Origin: Candidatus Woesebacteria bacterium RIFCSPLOWO2_01_FULL_39_23
GTDB taxonomy: Bacteria; Patescibacteriota; Microgenomatia; UBA8517
Direction of reading: 5' to 3'
Assembly (NCBI GenBank): GCA_001793095.1
Contig: MGHG01000007.1
Location: forward strand, 1,306-65,305
Length of the DNA stretch: 64,000 bases
The notes beneath the pieces were generated by a model, which searched no databases, had not been told where the DNA came from, and saw only the letters and a list, made by a program, of their open reading frames with translations. Below are positions 1 to 7,195 of this stretch, piece by piece (position 1 is the stretch's first letter; every line of letters starts with the position of its first letter). The translations under genes and the position numbers were made by a program.

Positions 1-633
1 AACTCTGACTTTTTTTGCTAACCCGAGTTTTGTTGCAATTTCTACAATTTCAGAAACTACATCAGAGAGATTAACTATATCTTTTTTCACCTTTGCGCTC
101 TCGGCTTCGCTCCAGGCAAGATCAAGAATATTTTTCAAGGTAGTTGTGATCCTATTGTTATCTGAAAGTACTTCAGCAAGTACTTTTTTATACTCCTCGT
201 TGCTCCTTTCTTTAGTGAGAGCTATTTCGATATTACTTCGCTGCGTTGCCAGAGGAGTTTTGAGTTCGTGTGCGACATCACCTATAAATTGTCTTTCCCT
301 TTTAAAGGCTTGCAATAACCTATCTAGAAGTTGATTAAAGGAGAAAGCGAGTTCGCCAATTTCATCTTCACTTTCAATGTCAGTAACTTTTTCATTTAGG
401 TTTTTGCTTGTTATTGTCTTTATTTTCGAAGAAAGTTTAGATAATCCGTCGGTCATTTTGCGAACAATAAAAAAACCTTCAAGAGCAAGAAATATTAAAA
501 GAATGGTAAAAAAAATATTGCGATAGGGTAAAGTGTAAATATGAACCGCAAAGTAGAAAAAAGCGGTAACGGTAATAAGTGAGGTTATATACCAAAAAAA
601 GAGTTTTCCTCGGAGACTTTTTATCGGCTTCAT
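1..633 (-). CDS. Sensor histidine kinase, CopS-like; N-terminal part only, 3' end runs off the window
   Basis: Minus-strand ORF starts at ATG 633..631, 3 nt after the regulator stop. It translates to MKPIKSLRGKLFFWY..., with two TM segments and an H-box FIGDVAHELKTPLAT (rc of about 250-300). The frame stays open to position 1. Confidence 0.8.
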   Translation of the reverse strand, partial: MKPIKSLRGKLFFWYITSLITVTAFFYFAVHIYTLPYRNIFFTILLIFLALEGFFIVRKMTDGLSKLSSKIKTITSKNLNEKVTDIESEDEIGELAFSFNQLLDRLLQAFKRERQFIGDVAHELKTPLATQRSNIEIALTKERSNEEYKKVLAEVLSDNNRITTTLKNILDLAWSEAESAKVKKDIVNLSDVVSEIVEIATKLGLAKKVRV

Positions 634-636
634 AAG

Positions 637-1314
637 CTAATCAGATTCTACACTAATTTTGTAACCCACACCGTGTATGGTATGAATAAGTTTTACTTTT
701 GAACCCTTGTCAACTTTACGTCTCAAAGAAGCAACAAATACATCAACAATATTACTCATTCCATCAAAATTGTAATCCCAGACGTGCTCTATAATCATTG
801 TTCTTGTTACTACCTCATCTTTATGTCGAAGTAAAAGCTCCATTACTGAAAACTCTTTTGGAGTTAATGAAATTGGTTTACCACTCCGCTGCACTTTGTG
901 TTTTATCGGGTCTAATTCCAAATCTGAAATTTTTAAAGTCGGGGAGGGTTCTTGCTTACTTCTTCGAATTAAGGCGTGAATTCGTGAGCGAAGTTCCAGA
1001 AAAGAAAATGGCTTGGTCATATAATCATCTGCTCCAGAATCCAAACCTGCTACTTTATCTTCAACCTCGCTTTTTGCAGTAAGCATTAAAACAGGTGATC
1101 TTATATTTTTAGTTCTTAGCTCGCGGCAAATTGTTACACCATCGACCTTAGGGAGCATTATATCAAGCAAGATCAGATCATATTCTTCGGATTCGGCCAA
1201 ATATTGTCCTTCCTCTCCATCGTAAGCAGCATCAACCGCAAAGCCTTCCTCAGTTAGACCCTTTTTGATGATGTTGGCAAGCCTACGCTCATCTTCAACG
1301 ACCAATATTCGCAT
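637..1314 (-). CDS. OmpR-family two-component response regulator (receiver plus winged-helix), CopR-like
   Basis: MRILVVEDE...LILLDIMLP...LMLTA receiver motifs and a C-terminal GVGYKI winged helix. It is translationally coupled to the kinase. Confidence 0.9.
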   Translation of the reverse strand: MRILVVEDERRLANIIKKGLTEEGFAVDAAYDGEEGQYLAESEEYDLILLDIMLPKVDGVTICRELRTKNIRSPVLMLTAKSEVEDKVAGLDSGADDYMTKPFSFLELRSRIHALIRRSKQEPSPTLKISDLELDPIKHKVQRSGKPISLTPKEFSVMELLLRHKDEVVTRTMIIEHVWDYNFDGMSNIVDVFVASLRRKVDKGSKVKLIHTIHGVGYKISVESD

Positions 1315-1376
1315 TATCCCAATATTATATCAGTAATCATGAAGAAATTATGAAGATTTACAAAGTTTAGGTGTAT

Positions 1377-1508
1377 TTACTTTTTCTGTATCTGTTTCCA
1401 AAGCCAGATTCCTAAAAGTATAAGATCGATTAAAACAACGATTCCGAAAAGACTTCCAAAAACTCCAGCTCCTCCCATCATCCCCCCATATTGACCAAAA
1501 CCCATCAT
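1377..1508 (-). CDS. 43-aa Met/Gly-rich small membrane peptide (MMGFGQYGGMMGGAGVFGSLFGIVVLIDLILLGIWLWKQIQKK)
   Basis: Hand translation of the minus strand. GGGTGA lies about 8 nt upstream of a double ATG, with one C-terminal TM helix. It is not in the ORF track, which stops at 60 aa. Confidence 0.45.
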   Translation of the reverse strand: MMGFGQYGGMMGGAGVFGSLFGIVVLIDLILLGIWLWKQIQKK

Positions 1509-1543
1509 AAACATTCACCCCCCTTAAAATATAATATCAGTAT

Positions 1544-2191
1544 TCAGTTATAAGGGGCAAGTCGTGCTCTTACCACAAGCCTTCTCGGTTTTCTTGGATC
1601 TCCAGGAGGAACACAGGTAATTAGGCTAATGTAGGATCCATCGCTATTCTGCTCTAGAACTTGGATATCTTTTGGCAGCACCTCAAACTTTGTTTCAACA
1701 ACGTATTTGTAGGTAATTCCATCGTAGTTAACAATTATCTCGTCTCCTTCTTGGAATTTTGGCAGTGTCGAAAAAATTGTTTTGTAGTTTGTTGGACTGA
1801 AAAAGAGGGGTAAAGCAGAGTGACCGAATATTACACTGTTACCTGTTTTTCCAGGAACTGCAGTTCCTGGATAGTGAATAAGCGATTTTGCCAGGTCTTC
1901 GCCTCCGATAGTAACTGTTGCCGACTCAACACCCAGTTTTGGAATAGACATTGTGTAATATTTCACTTCTGTGGAGGTAAAATCTTCTTCTCTTGCACCC
2001 CCTTCAAACCAAGAACTCGCTTTAGTAGTTGCAGCTTTTGAATTAAAAGAATCATCATCTACTAATGGTGAAATAAGTGTAGGCGGAGCGGTCAACTCGT
2101 AAGAAATTATTGGAAAAACGGTAGCGAAAAGTATTGTTGAGCCTGATATAAAATTTATAGCGGCAAGAATTCGTTTAACAGTCTTACTCAT
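1544..2191 (-). CDS. Sortase family transpeptidase
   Basis: N-terminal TM anchor, a conserved His (IFGHSALP) and the catalytic TLITC motif (SLITCVPPG) followed by Arg. Confidence 0.75.
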   Translation of the reverse strand: MSKTVKRILAAINFISGSTILFATVFPIISYELTAPPTLISPLVDDDSFNSKAATTKASSWFEGGAREEDFTSTEVKYYTMSIPKLGVESATVTIGGEDLAKSLIHYPGTAVPGKTGNSVIFGHSALPLFFSPTNYKTIFSTLPKFQEGDEIIVNYDGITYKYVVETKFEVLPKDIQVLEQNSDGSYISLITCVPPGDPRKPRRLVVRARLAPYN

Positions 2192-2238
2192 TAACTACCA
2201 CTTTAATGAGTGATGAGTTAAGAAGTTATGAAGACAAA

Positions 2239-2439
2239 CTATTTTTGTAAAGCTTCAGCTTGTTTAGGTGGACATTTTATATCTGCATAAGAGCAAAATA
2301 CGCAACAATCGCCTTCTTTTGGTTTTAGCATTTCTCCACAATGAATACACTTATAAAAATGCTGGCAGGCATCAGTAGGCATCGTGGCTTCCTGCTTTTT
2401 CCCACATTTGGGACAAGTTAATATTGCTTCAGTTTTCAT
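2239..2439 (-). CDS. GDCCVxC-type Cys-rich zinc-ribbon mini-protein
   Basis: CPKCG...C..HFYKCIHCG...KEGDCCVFCSYADIKCPP. The GDCCVFCSY motif is typical of small metal-resistance-locus proteins. Confidence 0.7.
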   Translation of the reverse strand: MKTEAILTCPKCGKKQEATMPTDACQHFYKCIHCGEMLKPKEGDCCVFCSYADIKCPPKQAEALQK

Positions 2440-2457
2440 ATTGTGTCCTTACCTCTC

Positions 2458-2580
2458 TTATTTCTCTTCTTTACTTTCCTCCGGTACTAAATCCATTCCA
2501 CACTTCGGACAACTTCCTGGTTTATCCGACTTAACTTCCGGGTGCATTGGACATGTATATTTTTGTTTCTTTTCCTCCAC
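2458..2580 (-). CDS. 40-aa heavy-metal-binding-domain (CPMHPEV...CPxCGM) mini-protein
   Basis: Hand translation [43 protein letters not shown] start with GGAGGTGA 6 nt upstream. This is the CPMHP HMBD motif seen at the N-termini of CopA/CusB-type proteins. It is not in the ORF track. Confidence 0.6.
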   Translation of the reverse strand: MEEKKQKYTCPMHPEVKSDKPGSCPKCGMDLVPEESKEEK

Positions 2581-2616
2581 AGGCTATCACCTCCTTTAAC
2601 CAAACTTTGTCGTTCA

Positions 2617-3033
2617 TTAATACCCCCAATCTTTTTGCCACTCCCGCATCATTTCAATCTCATCAGTTTGGGCGGCAATAATATCATCGGCCATTTGTTT
2701 GATCTCATCGTGCAAGGCAGCTGTTTTAGCTTGTTGGGCCATATCTATTGCCCCTTGATGGTGAACAATCATTGCTTCCATAAAGGCTTTATCAAAATCA
2801 TCACCCGTTTTGCCTTCCATAGACTCCATCATTTCCTCCATACTTGATGCTGTTCCCATCATCATTGATCCAACCGTATCTTCTTCTTGCTCAATCATAT
2901 TAAATCTTGCATTCATTCCCATCATCCGCATCATACCTGTGTTGTTGGCATTAACAGCATTTGAAGCAAAGAGCATTGTCAAAACAATCCCTGATAATAA
3001 ACCTATGATTCCATAAAGATATTCTTTTTGCAA
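2617..3033 (-). CDS. DUF305-family Met/His-rich metal-binding protein (CopM-like), membrane-anchored
   Basis: N-terminal TM, many Met runs (MMRMMGM, SMMMGTASSMEEMMESMEG) and the DUF305 helix motifs AFMEAMIVHHQGAIDMA and DEIEMMREW. Confidence 0.75.
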   Translation of the reverse strand: MQKEYLYGIIGLLSGIVLTMLFASNAVNANNTGMMRMMGMNARFNMIEQEEDTVGSMMMGTASSMEEMMESMEGKTGDDFDKAFMEAMIVHHQGAIDMAQQAKTAALHDEIKQMADDIIAAQTDEIEMMREWQKDWGY

Positions 3034-3069
3034 AAAATTTCACCTCCTTTCAAAAAACTTTGTTTAATT

Positions 3070-3591
3070 TTACTTTCCTTCAATGAATTGCACTAAGGCA
3101 TTTTTGTCAAGGTTATCAAATGTCTGAATTTTTCCCATCCTTGTTATCGCAATCTTTTTACTCATGTTTGAAAAAGGTGCAACATATACAAACTCGGAAT
3201 ATTTGTTTGCAATTTCTGCAAGTTTTTCTTTAAGACCGGGTTCGCATTCAAAGTCCTCGCAGTTGTAATTGATAATCACTCCAGGAGGTCCTTTTCCATC
3301 CGAATGCTCCAGCATGTGCTTTTGGACGGATAGGGACATTGGTTCATCCATAACGTGCGATGAGGGATTTTGTTCTATATGACCGGCCATGTCAGTAGGA
3401 GGTAAAATTTCTCTGTTTGTTGACCAATAATAAATGCCACCAATAAGGAGTACTGCAATAATTAAATCAATACTCCAATTACGAATTCTACCTATTAAAC
3501 TACTTTTTGATACATCTTGCGCTTTCAATGCTCTTATTTTTTTCTTGCGTTCTCTTTTTGGTAGTTCATTCCATTCTTCTGGATATTCCAT
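3070..3591 (-). CDS. Membrane-anchored extracytoplasmic protein with a His/Met-rich stretch and an NCEDFEC Cys pair (DUF3105-like)
   Basis: Lys-rich N-terminus, one TM, then HIEQNPSSHVMDEPM...KHMLEH and NYNCEDFECEP. The family assignment is tentative. Confidence 0.55.
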   Translation of the reverse strand: MEYPEEWNELPKRERKKKIRALKAQDVSKSSLIGRIRNWSIDLIIAVLLIGGIYYWSTNREILPPTDMAGHIEQNPSSHVMDEPMSLSVQKHMLEHSDGKGPPGVIINYNCEDFECEPGLKEKLAEIANKYSEFVYVAPFSNMSKKIAITRMGKIQTFDNLDKNALVQFIEGK

Positions 3592-3594
3592 ACT

Positions 3595-4116
3595 TCACCT
3601 CCTTCTACTTATTTTTATATTACATATTCCTAGAACCCTTTTAGACGTGTAGTAAAGCGTTAAAAGCATAATGATAATTGAAAGTAAGAGTATCATTTGT
3701 CTGTATTTCAGCAAAAGCAACACCCCTCCCAAACCTAAAAATCCAAAAATAGATCCCACACAGGAAGCGCAAGACGCAGTGGGACCAAAAATTGAACCCA
3801 ACATTCCAGACAAAGTACTAAAACTACTACGTCCAACTGTTGCTGTACTTAGAGAATTTTTTAACTCATTTCTAATAACAAAAATATTCATTGTTAAAGA
3901 GAGGGAGGTAAGGCTAGAGAGTAAGACAAGTAAAAACCAATCTTTCAGAGTAAAAATGGAAATTTGAAAAGAAAAAGTATTACCTGGAATTTGCCTGACA
4001 GGAATATAAATAAAAAACCAAAGAGCTAGAATTGACAAAGCAAAGAAGGTGATCAAAAAAATTTTCTCTTTAAAAACATTTTTCACCGCAAGAATAACCA
4101 ATTGAATATAATGCAT
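3595..4116 (-). CDS. Polytopic membrane protein with an intramembrane CASC (CxxC) motif
   Basis: Four or five hydrophobic segments and GPTASCASCVGSIFGFLGLGG. It sits 6 nt downstream of the DsbA-like gene. It is not recognisably DsbB or VKOR. Confidence 0.55.
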   Translation of the reverse strand: MHYIQLVILAVKNVFKEKIFLITFFALSILALWFFIYIPVRQIPGNTFSFQISIFTLKDWFLLVLLSSLTSLSLTMNIFVIRNELKNSLSTATVGRSSFSTLSGMLGSIFGPTASCASCVGSIFGFLGLGGVLLLLKYRQMILLLSIIIMLLTLYYTSKRVLGICNIKISRRR

Positions 4117-4122
4117 GTTTTA

Positions 4123-4905
4123 TCATGATTCTTTGAGCATGTTGTCTATCTCCGTTTTAAAGTTTTCGAATGGTAATGCTCCGGGAATTAATTTAGTTTT
4201 GCCTGTTTTTGTATCAAGCAGTATATTTCCGGGTGTTCCTGTTACACCGGCTTTTGCACCACTTTGGAAATCGCTTTCTACATGAGCTGCCGTCTTGCCA
4301 CTATCAAGACACGTCTTGAACGCACTTTGATTAAGGCCGACCTCACCTGCCAATTTGGGTAAATCATCCAGGTTCAAACCGTTATTGGAAGGGGTAACCT
4401 CAAAGATTTTATCGGTCAATTTCCAGAAACCATCATTACCCGCCAGTTCATATGCACACTCGGTAGCCTCAGCCTCTTTATCTGCTTTTTGATGGATTTG
4501 GTCTAATGGAAAATGCCTATAAACCCAAGCAACCTGACCTTTATATTCATCAACTATTTGTTTAGCAGTTGGATGAAATCTCTTGCAGAATGGGCATTCC
4601 AAGTCTGAATATTCAATTAGAAGCATCCTTGCATTCTTATCGCCTCTTACATGATCGTCGTTTCTCAACTTATCAACTTGGTCAGCATTACCGAAGGAAG
4701 GCTGAACTCCTCCTGCAGCTGGTTGTCCTCCTTGAGCACCTCCGGCGGCTCCAGCTTGTGTTCCGGCGATACGTGTGGTTCCACCACCTTCCAAGTTTTT
4801 GACTTTCTGCCAAAGCATTCCTACTGCAAAAGCAAGTCCAATTGACGCAACAAGAAGAATTGGAACTAATTTTTCAAGAAGATTACTCTTAGACTTTAAT
4901 ATCAT
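4123..4905 (-). CDS. DsbA-like thiol:disulfide oxidoreductase (thioredoxin fold, CPFC active site), membrane-anchored
   Basis: LIEYSDLECPFCKRFHP, with an N-terminal TM and a Gly/Ala/Gln-rich linker. The track start at 4932 is TTG. The ATG at 4905 (MILKSKSN...) is the more likely start. Confidence 0.8.
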   Translation of the reverse strand: MILKSKSNLLEKLVPILLVASIGLAFAVGMLWQKVKNLEGGGTTRIAGTQAGAAGGAQGGQPAAGGVQPSFGNADQVDKLRNDDHVRGDKNARMLLIEYSDLECPFCKRFHPTAKQIVDEYKGQVAWVYRHFPLDQIHQKADKEAEATECAYELAGNDGFWKLTDKIFEVTPSNNGLNLDDLPKLAGEVGLNQSAFKTCLDSGKTAAHVESDFQSGAKAGVTGTPGNILLDTKTGKTKLIPGALPFENFKTEIDNMLKES

Positions 4906-4912
4906 AGATATA

Positions 4913-4925
4913 CTACGAAGTGTAG
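4913..4925 (-). promoter_or_regulatory. Candidate BlaI/CopY-type operator copy (CTACGAAGTGTAG) just upstream of the dsbA-like start
   Basis: Same 13-mer (1 mismatch) as at 6250..6262. In both places TTCGTAGTATAT precedes the ATG on the coding strand. Confidence 0.45.
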
Positions 4926-4960
4926 TAGACAATAGTAAAGGTTGTCAATAAGTAAAAGGG

Positions 4961-5911
4961 TTAGTCAACGTTATTATTAAAAGAGGCGAATGTTGACTGA
5001 AATGCGGGGGTAATGTAAGAGCTTTGGTTAATATTATTTGTTGGGCAGTGTGTAGAACAGAGGTTATCCTCACAATTTGAAAGGTCTGAATTACCCATCG
5101 CCTGAATAGTATGAGTATCTCCTGGAAACTTGAAAAGGAAAAGACCAGCTAGAATGATTACCACAAAAACTAAAAAGTTAATCCTTTTGATTTTGTAGTC
5201 GGTTCTTCTTGAAAAGTTTGGGTAAATTTTGAAACGATTTTGAGAACTTACCGTTTCAAGTGCTAAATTCAGATGTCTTGTGGTCTTTTGTTGATTAGAA
5301 ACAAAAAGATCTGCTTCCTTCTCTAATACAGTTCTCATTTTCCTTGTTAAATCTCTTAAAACAGGCAGCATTAGTAGTGATGAAGATAAAATTTCCCCGA
5401 CAATAAGTAATAGTGGATGTCGATTTTTTAAATGGTAATATTCATGAAGTGTTACTGCTTCAAGCTGATTCTGATTTAGTTTTTCTATTAAGCTGGTCGA
5501 AATAACTATTTTTGGTGAAAACCAATCTATTGTAAAAGCATAAACATCTACCTCTTCTACAATAATAATTAAATCTTTTCGGATACCGTTTCTTTCTAGA
5601 ATAAATTTAAGTTTTTGAGGTAAAGAATAAATTTGTTTTTGCAAAAGTACCTCTAATTTTCTTTTTGTTTTAATACATGAAAGTAAAGTTTTTAGAAATA
5701 GTCCTAATGTAATCATTAAAACAATAGCTGTGAGAATAAATCCTACATAATGGGCTCCGGTTGAGAAAAAGCTCGAAGCAATAACTTTGCAAGTCTCTCG
5801 GAAATGTTCGAAGGTTAGACCCGAGTATCTTTTAAAGAGAGTAAAAAGAGAAACAACTGAGAAAGTAAAAACTAACAAAATGCTTAGGAAATAACTTATT
5901 TCTTTTTTCAT
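4961..5911 (-). CDS. BlaR1/MecR1-type M56 zinc metallopeptidase with a short Cys-rich extracytoplasmic tail instead of a penicillin-binding sensor domain
   Basis: Three N-terminal TMs, HEXXH (TLHEYYHLKNRHP), a later TM, then a roughly 50-aa tail containing NCEDNLCSTHCP. Confidence 0.8.
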   Translation of the reverse strand: MKKEISYFLSILLVFTFSVVSLFTLFKRYSGLTFEHFRETCKVIASSFFSTGAHYVGFILTAIVLMITLGLFLKTLLSCIKTKRKLEVLLQKQIYSLPQKLKFILERNGIRKDLIIIVEEVDVYAFTIDWFSPKIVISTSLIEKLNQNQLEAVTLHEYYHLKNRHPLLLIVGEILSSSLLMLPVLRDLTRKMRTVLEKEADLFVSNQQKTTRHLNLALETVSSQNRFKIYPNFSRRTDYKIKRINFLVFVVIILAGLFLFKFPGDTHTIQAMGNSDLSNCEDNLCSTHCPTNNINQSSYITPAFQSTFASFNNNVD

Positions 5912-5919
5912 ACAATCTC

Positions 5920-6246
5920 TTACTTGTGTCGTTTAAGTTCATCTGTAAATGCAGTTACCGCTTCGTGTCCGTATTGGTCAACTAAAGAGTTAACAATTTT
6001 TTTAACTATCCCTTTTGCGGTTTGCTCTTTGGTTTTTTTAGGTGAATATACATATGCCTTACCTTCCATCTTTCTTGCTAAAAAGCCTTTCTCGGTCAAA
6101 CGTGTCATTATTGTCATTACTGTTGTATAAGCAATTTTGCGTTCCTTTTGAAGACATTGATGGATATCCGAAACTGAAGCATTTTTCTCTTTCCACAGAC
6201 AATCCATTACTTCTTGCTCAAGCGGTCCTAAGTTATAGCTAGTCAT
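5920..6246 (-). CDS. BlaI/MecI/CopY-family winged-helix transcriptional repressor
   Basis: 108 aa. YTTVMTIMTRLTEKGFLARKMEGKAYVYSP winged helix, 8 nt upstream of the M56 gene. There is no C-terminal CxC metal motif. Confidence 0.85.
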   Translation of the reverse strand: MTSYNLGPLEQEVMDCLWKEKNASVSDIHQCLQKERKIAYTTVMTIMTRLTEKGFLARKMEGKAYVYSPKKTKEQTAKGIVKKIVNSLVDQYGHEAVTAFTDELKRHK

Positions 6247-6249
6247 ATA

Positions 6250-6262
6250 CTACGAATTGTAG
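6250..6262 (-). promoter_or_regulatory. Candidate BlaI/CopY-type operator copy (CTACGAATTGTAG), 4 nt upstream of the blaI-like ATG
   Basis: TAC-N-GTA dyad ends reminiscent of cop/bla boxes (TACAnnTGTA). It is duplicated at 4913. Confidence 0.45.
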
Positions 6263-6290
6263 GAGATTTAGAAGAAACTATCAATACCAT

Positions 6291-6884
6291 TCAGTAACTA
6301 ATCAGTCGTATTAAAAAAGGTACTATTCTAATAGTCGGCAACTTATAGTTATAGGCAACTTTGTAGTAGATACTTGTGTATTTGTTTACTTGATCGATTA
6401 GTTTTGTCTCAAATTCCTTATCATTCTCAATTATACTTAAGGAATTTCCAGCTACTCTTTCGATCGCTGGATAAAGCAACTGCTTTTGATAATCTTCCGC
6501 CGCAGTAGAATATTGGTCTAGTTTTTCACCTGAAAGTTTCGACAGCTCACTTTCGATTTCCAGATAAATTTTTATGGATGATGGAAGTCTTCTATATGGA
6601 GAGTCTGGTTCTATATTAAACAGGACAAGATCTCTAGCTTGTTTATATTCAAAAACCAAAACATTTGACAACTTTTTGATTACCTTTACCGATTTCTTGC
6701 CTTTGTATTTTTGGTTGTAAGTGGCATCTCCCTGATAGGAATAAATCAAACCGATAATACAGATAAGCTTACCTTTATTTTTCTTAAATCCGAAAAGGTC
6801 GAAAAACTTCTTGAAACTTATTCCCAACTTAAAGCGAGGGTTGAACCGATGTCCTACGTTGCAGCACAAAAGAAGCTCAAACAA
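6291..6884 (-). CDS. Hypothetical protein
   Basis: 197-aa ORF with no recognisable motifs. It overlaps small opposite-strand ORFs, so its start is uncertain. Confidence 0.35.
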   Translation of the reverse strand: MFELLLCCNVGHRFNPRFKLGISFKKFFDLFGFKKNKGKLICIIGLIYSYQGDATYNQKYKGKKSVKVIKKLSNVLVFEYKQARDLVLFNIEPDSPYRRLPSSIKIYLEIESELSKLSGEKLDQYSTAAEDYQKQLLYPAIERVAGNSLSIIENDKEFETKLIDQVNKYTSIYYKVAYNYKLPTIRIVPFLIRLISY

Positions 6885-6912
6885 ATGCTTTATTTATCGG
6901 GTAAAAAATAAA

Positions 6913-7092
6913 ATGCAACTATCCAAAGAGGCTATAGACGAATTCGTGGTAATCTGGAAAAAGGAGTATGGTAAATCAATAAGCGAAACTCTGGCTACGG
7001 TTTATGCCAATAAACTAATCAACCTTTTTACTGCTATTTACAGACCAATAACAAATGTGAATAAAATAAATCTTGAAGAAGATAAGGGTTAG
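6913..7092 (+). CDS. Hypothetical 59-aa protein upstream of the recombinase (possible accessory or directionality factor)
   Basis: ATG at 6913 (MQLSKEAIDEFVVIWKKEYGKSI...). Position only. Confidence 0.3.
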   Translation: MQLSKEAIDEFVVIWKKEYGKSISETLATVYANKLINLFTAIYRPITNVNKINLEEDKG

Positions 7093-7106
7093 ATATATGA
7101 TTATAT

Positions 7107-7186
7107 TGAACTCAAAAATACCTTTCGGCTTTTTTAATGGCCGTCTCAGACAAGTCCGAAAGGGTTTGAGTTCAACTGGGACGGCC
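7107..7186. other. Nested imperfect palindrome, a candidate recombinase att/recombination site
   Basis: ttgaactcaaa (7107-17) pairs with tttgagttcaa (7164-74). cctttcgg (7121-28) pairs with ccgaaagg (7156-63). ggccgtc (7139-45) pairs with gacggcc (7180-86). It lies 10-90 nt upstream of the recombinase start. Confidence 0.45.
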
Positions 7187-7195
7187 ATTTAAGTT

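Noticed and set aside
146-334. 62-aa plus-strand ORF at the window start
   Set aside because: It lies antisense within the histidine-kinase reading frame (H-box region) and is a low-complexity Leu/Ser product.
798-1082. 94-aa plus-strand ORF inside the response-regulator gene
   Set aside because: It is fully antisense to a well-supported receiver domain ORF, and it has no motifs.
1820-2041. 73-aa plus-strand ORF inside the sortase gene
   Set aside because: It is antisense to the sortase ORF, which has a clear TLxTC motif.
2384-2847. Plus-strand ORFs (71 and 101 aa) across the mini-protein/DUF305 region
   Set aside because: They are antisense to motif-bearing minus-strand genes (GDCCVxC, CPMHP, DUF305) and are His/Leu low-complexity translations.
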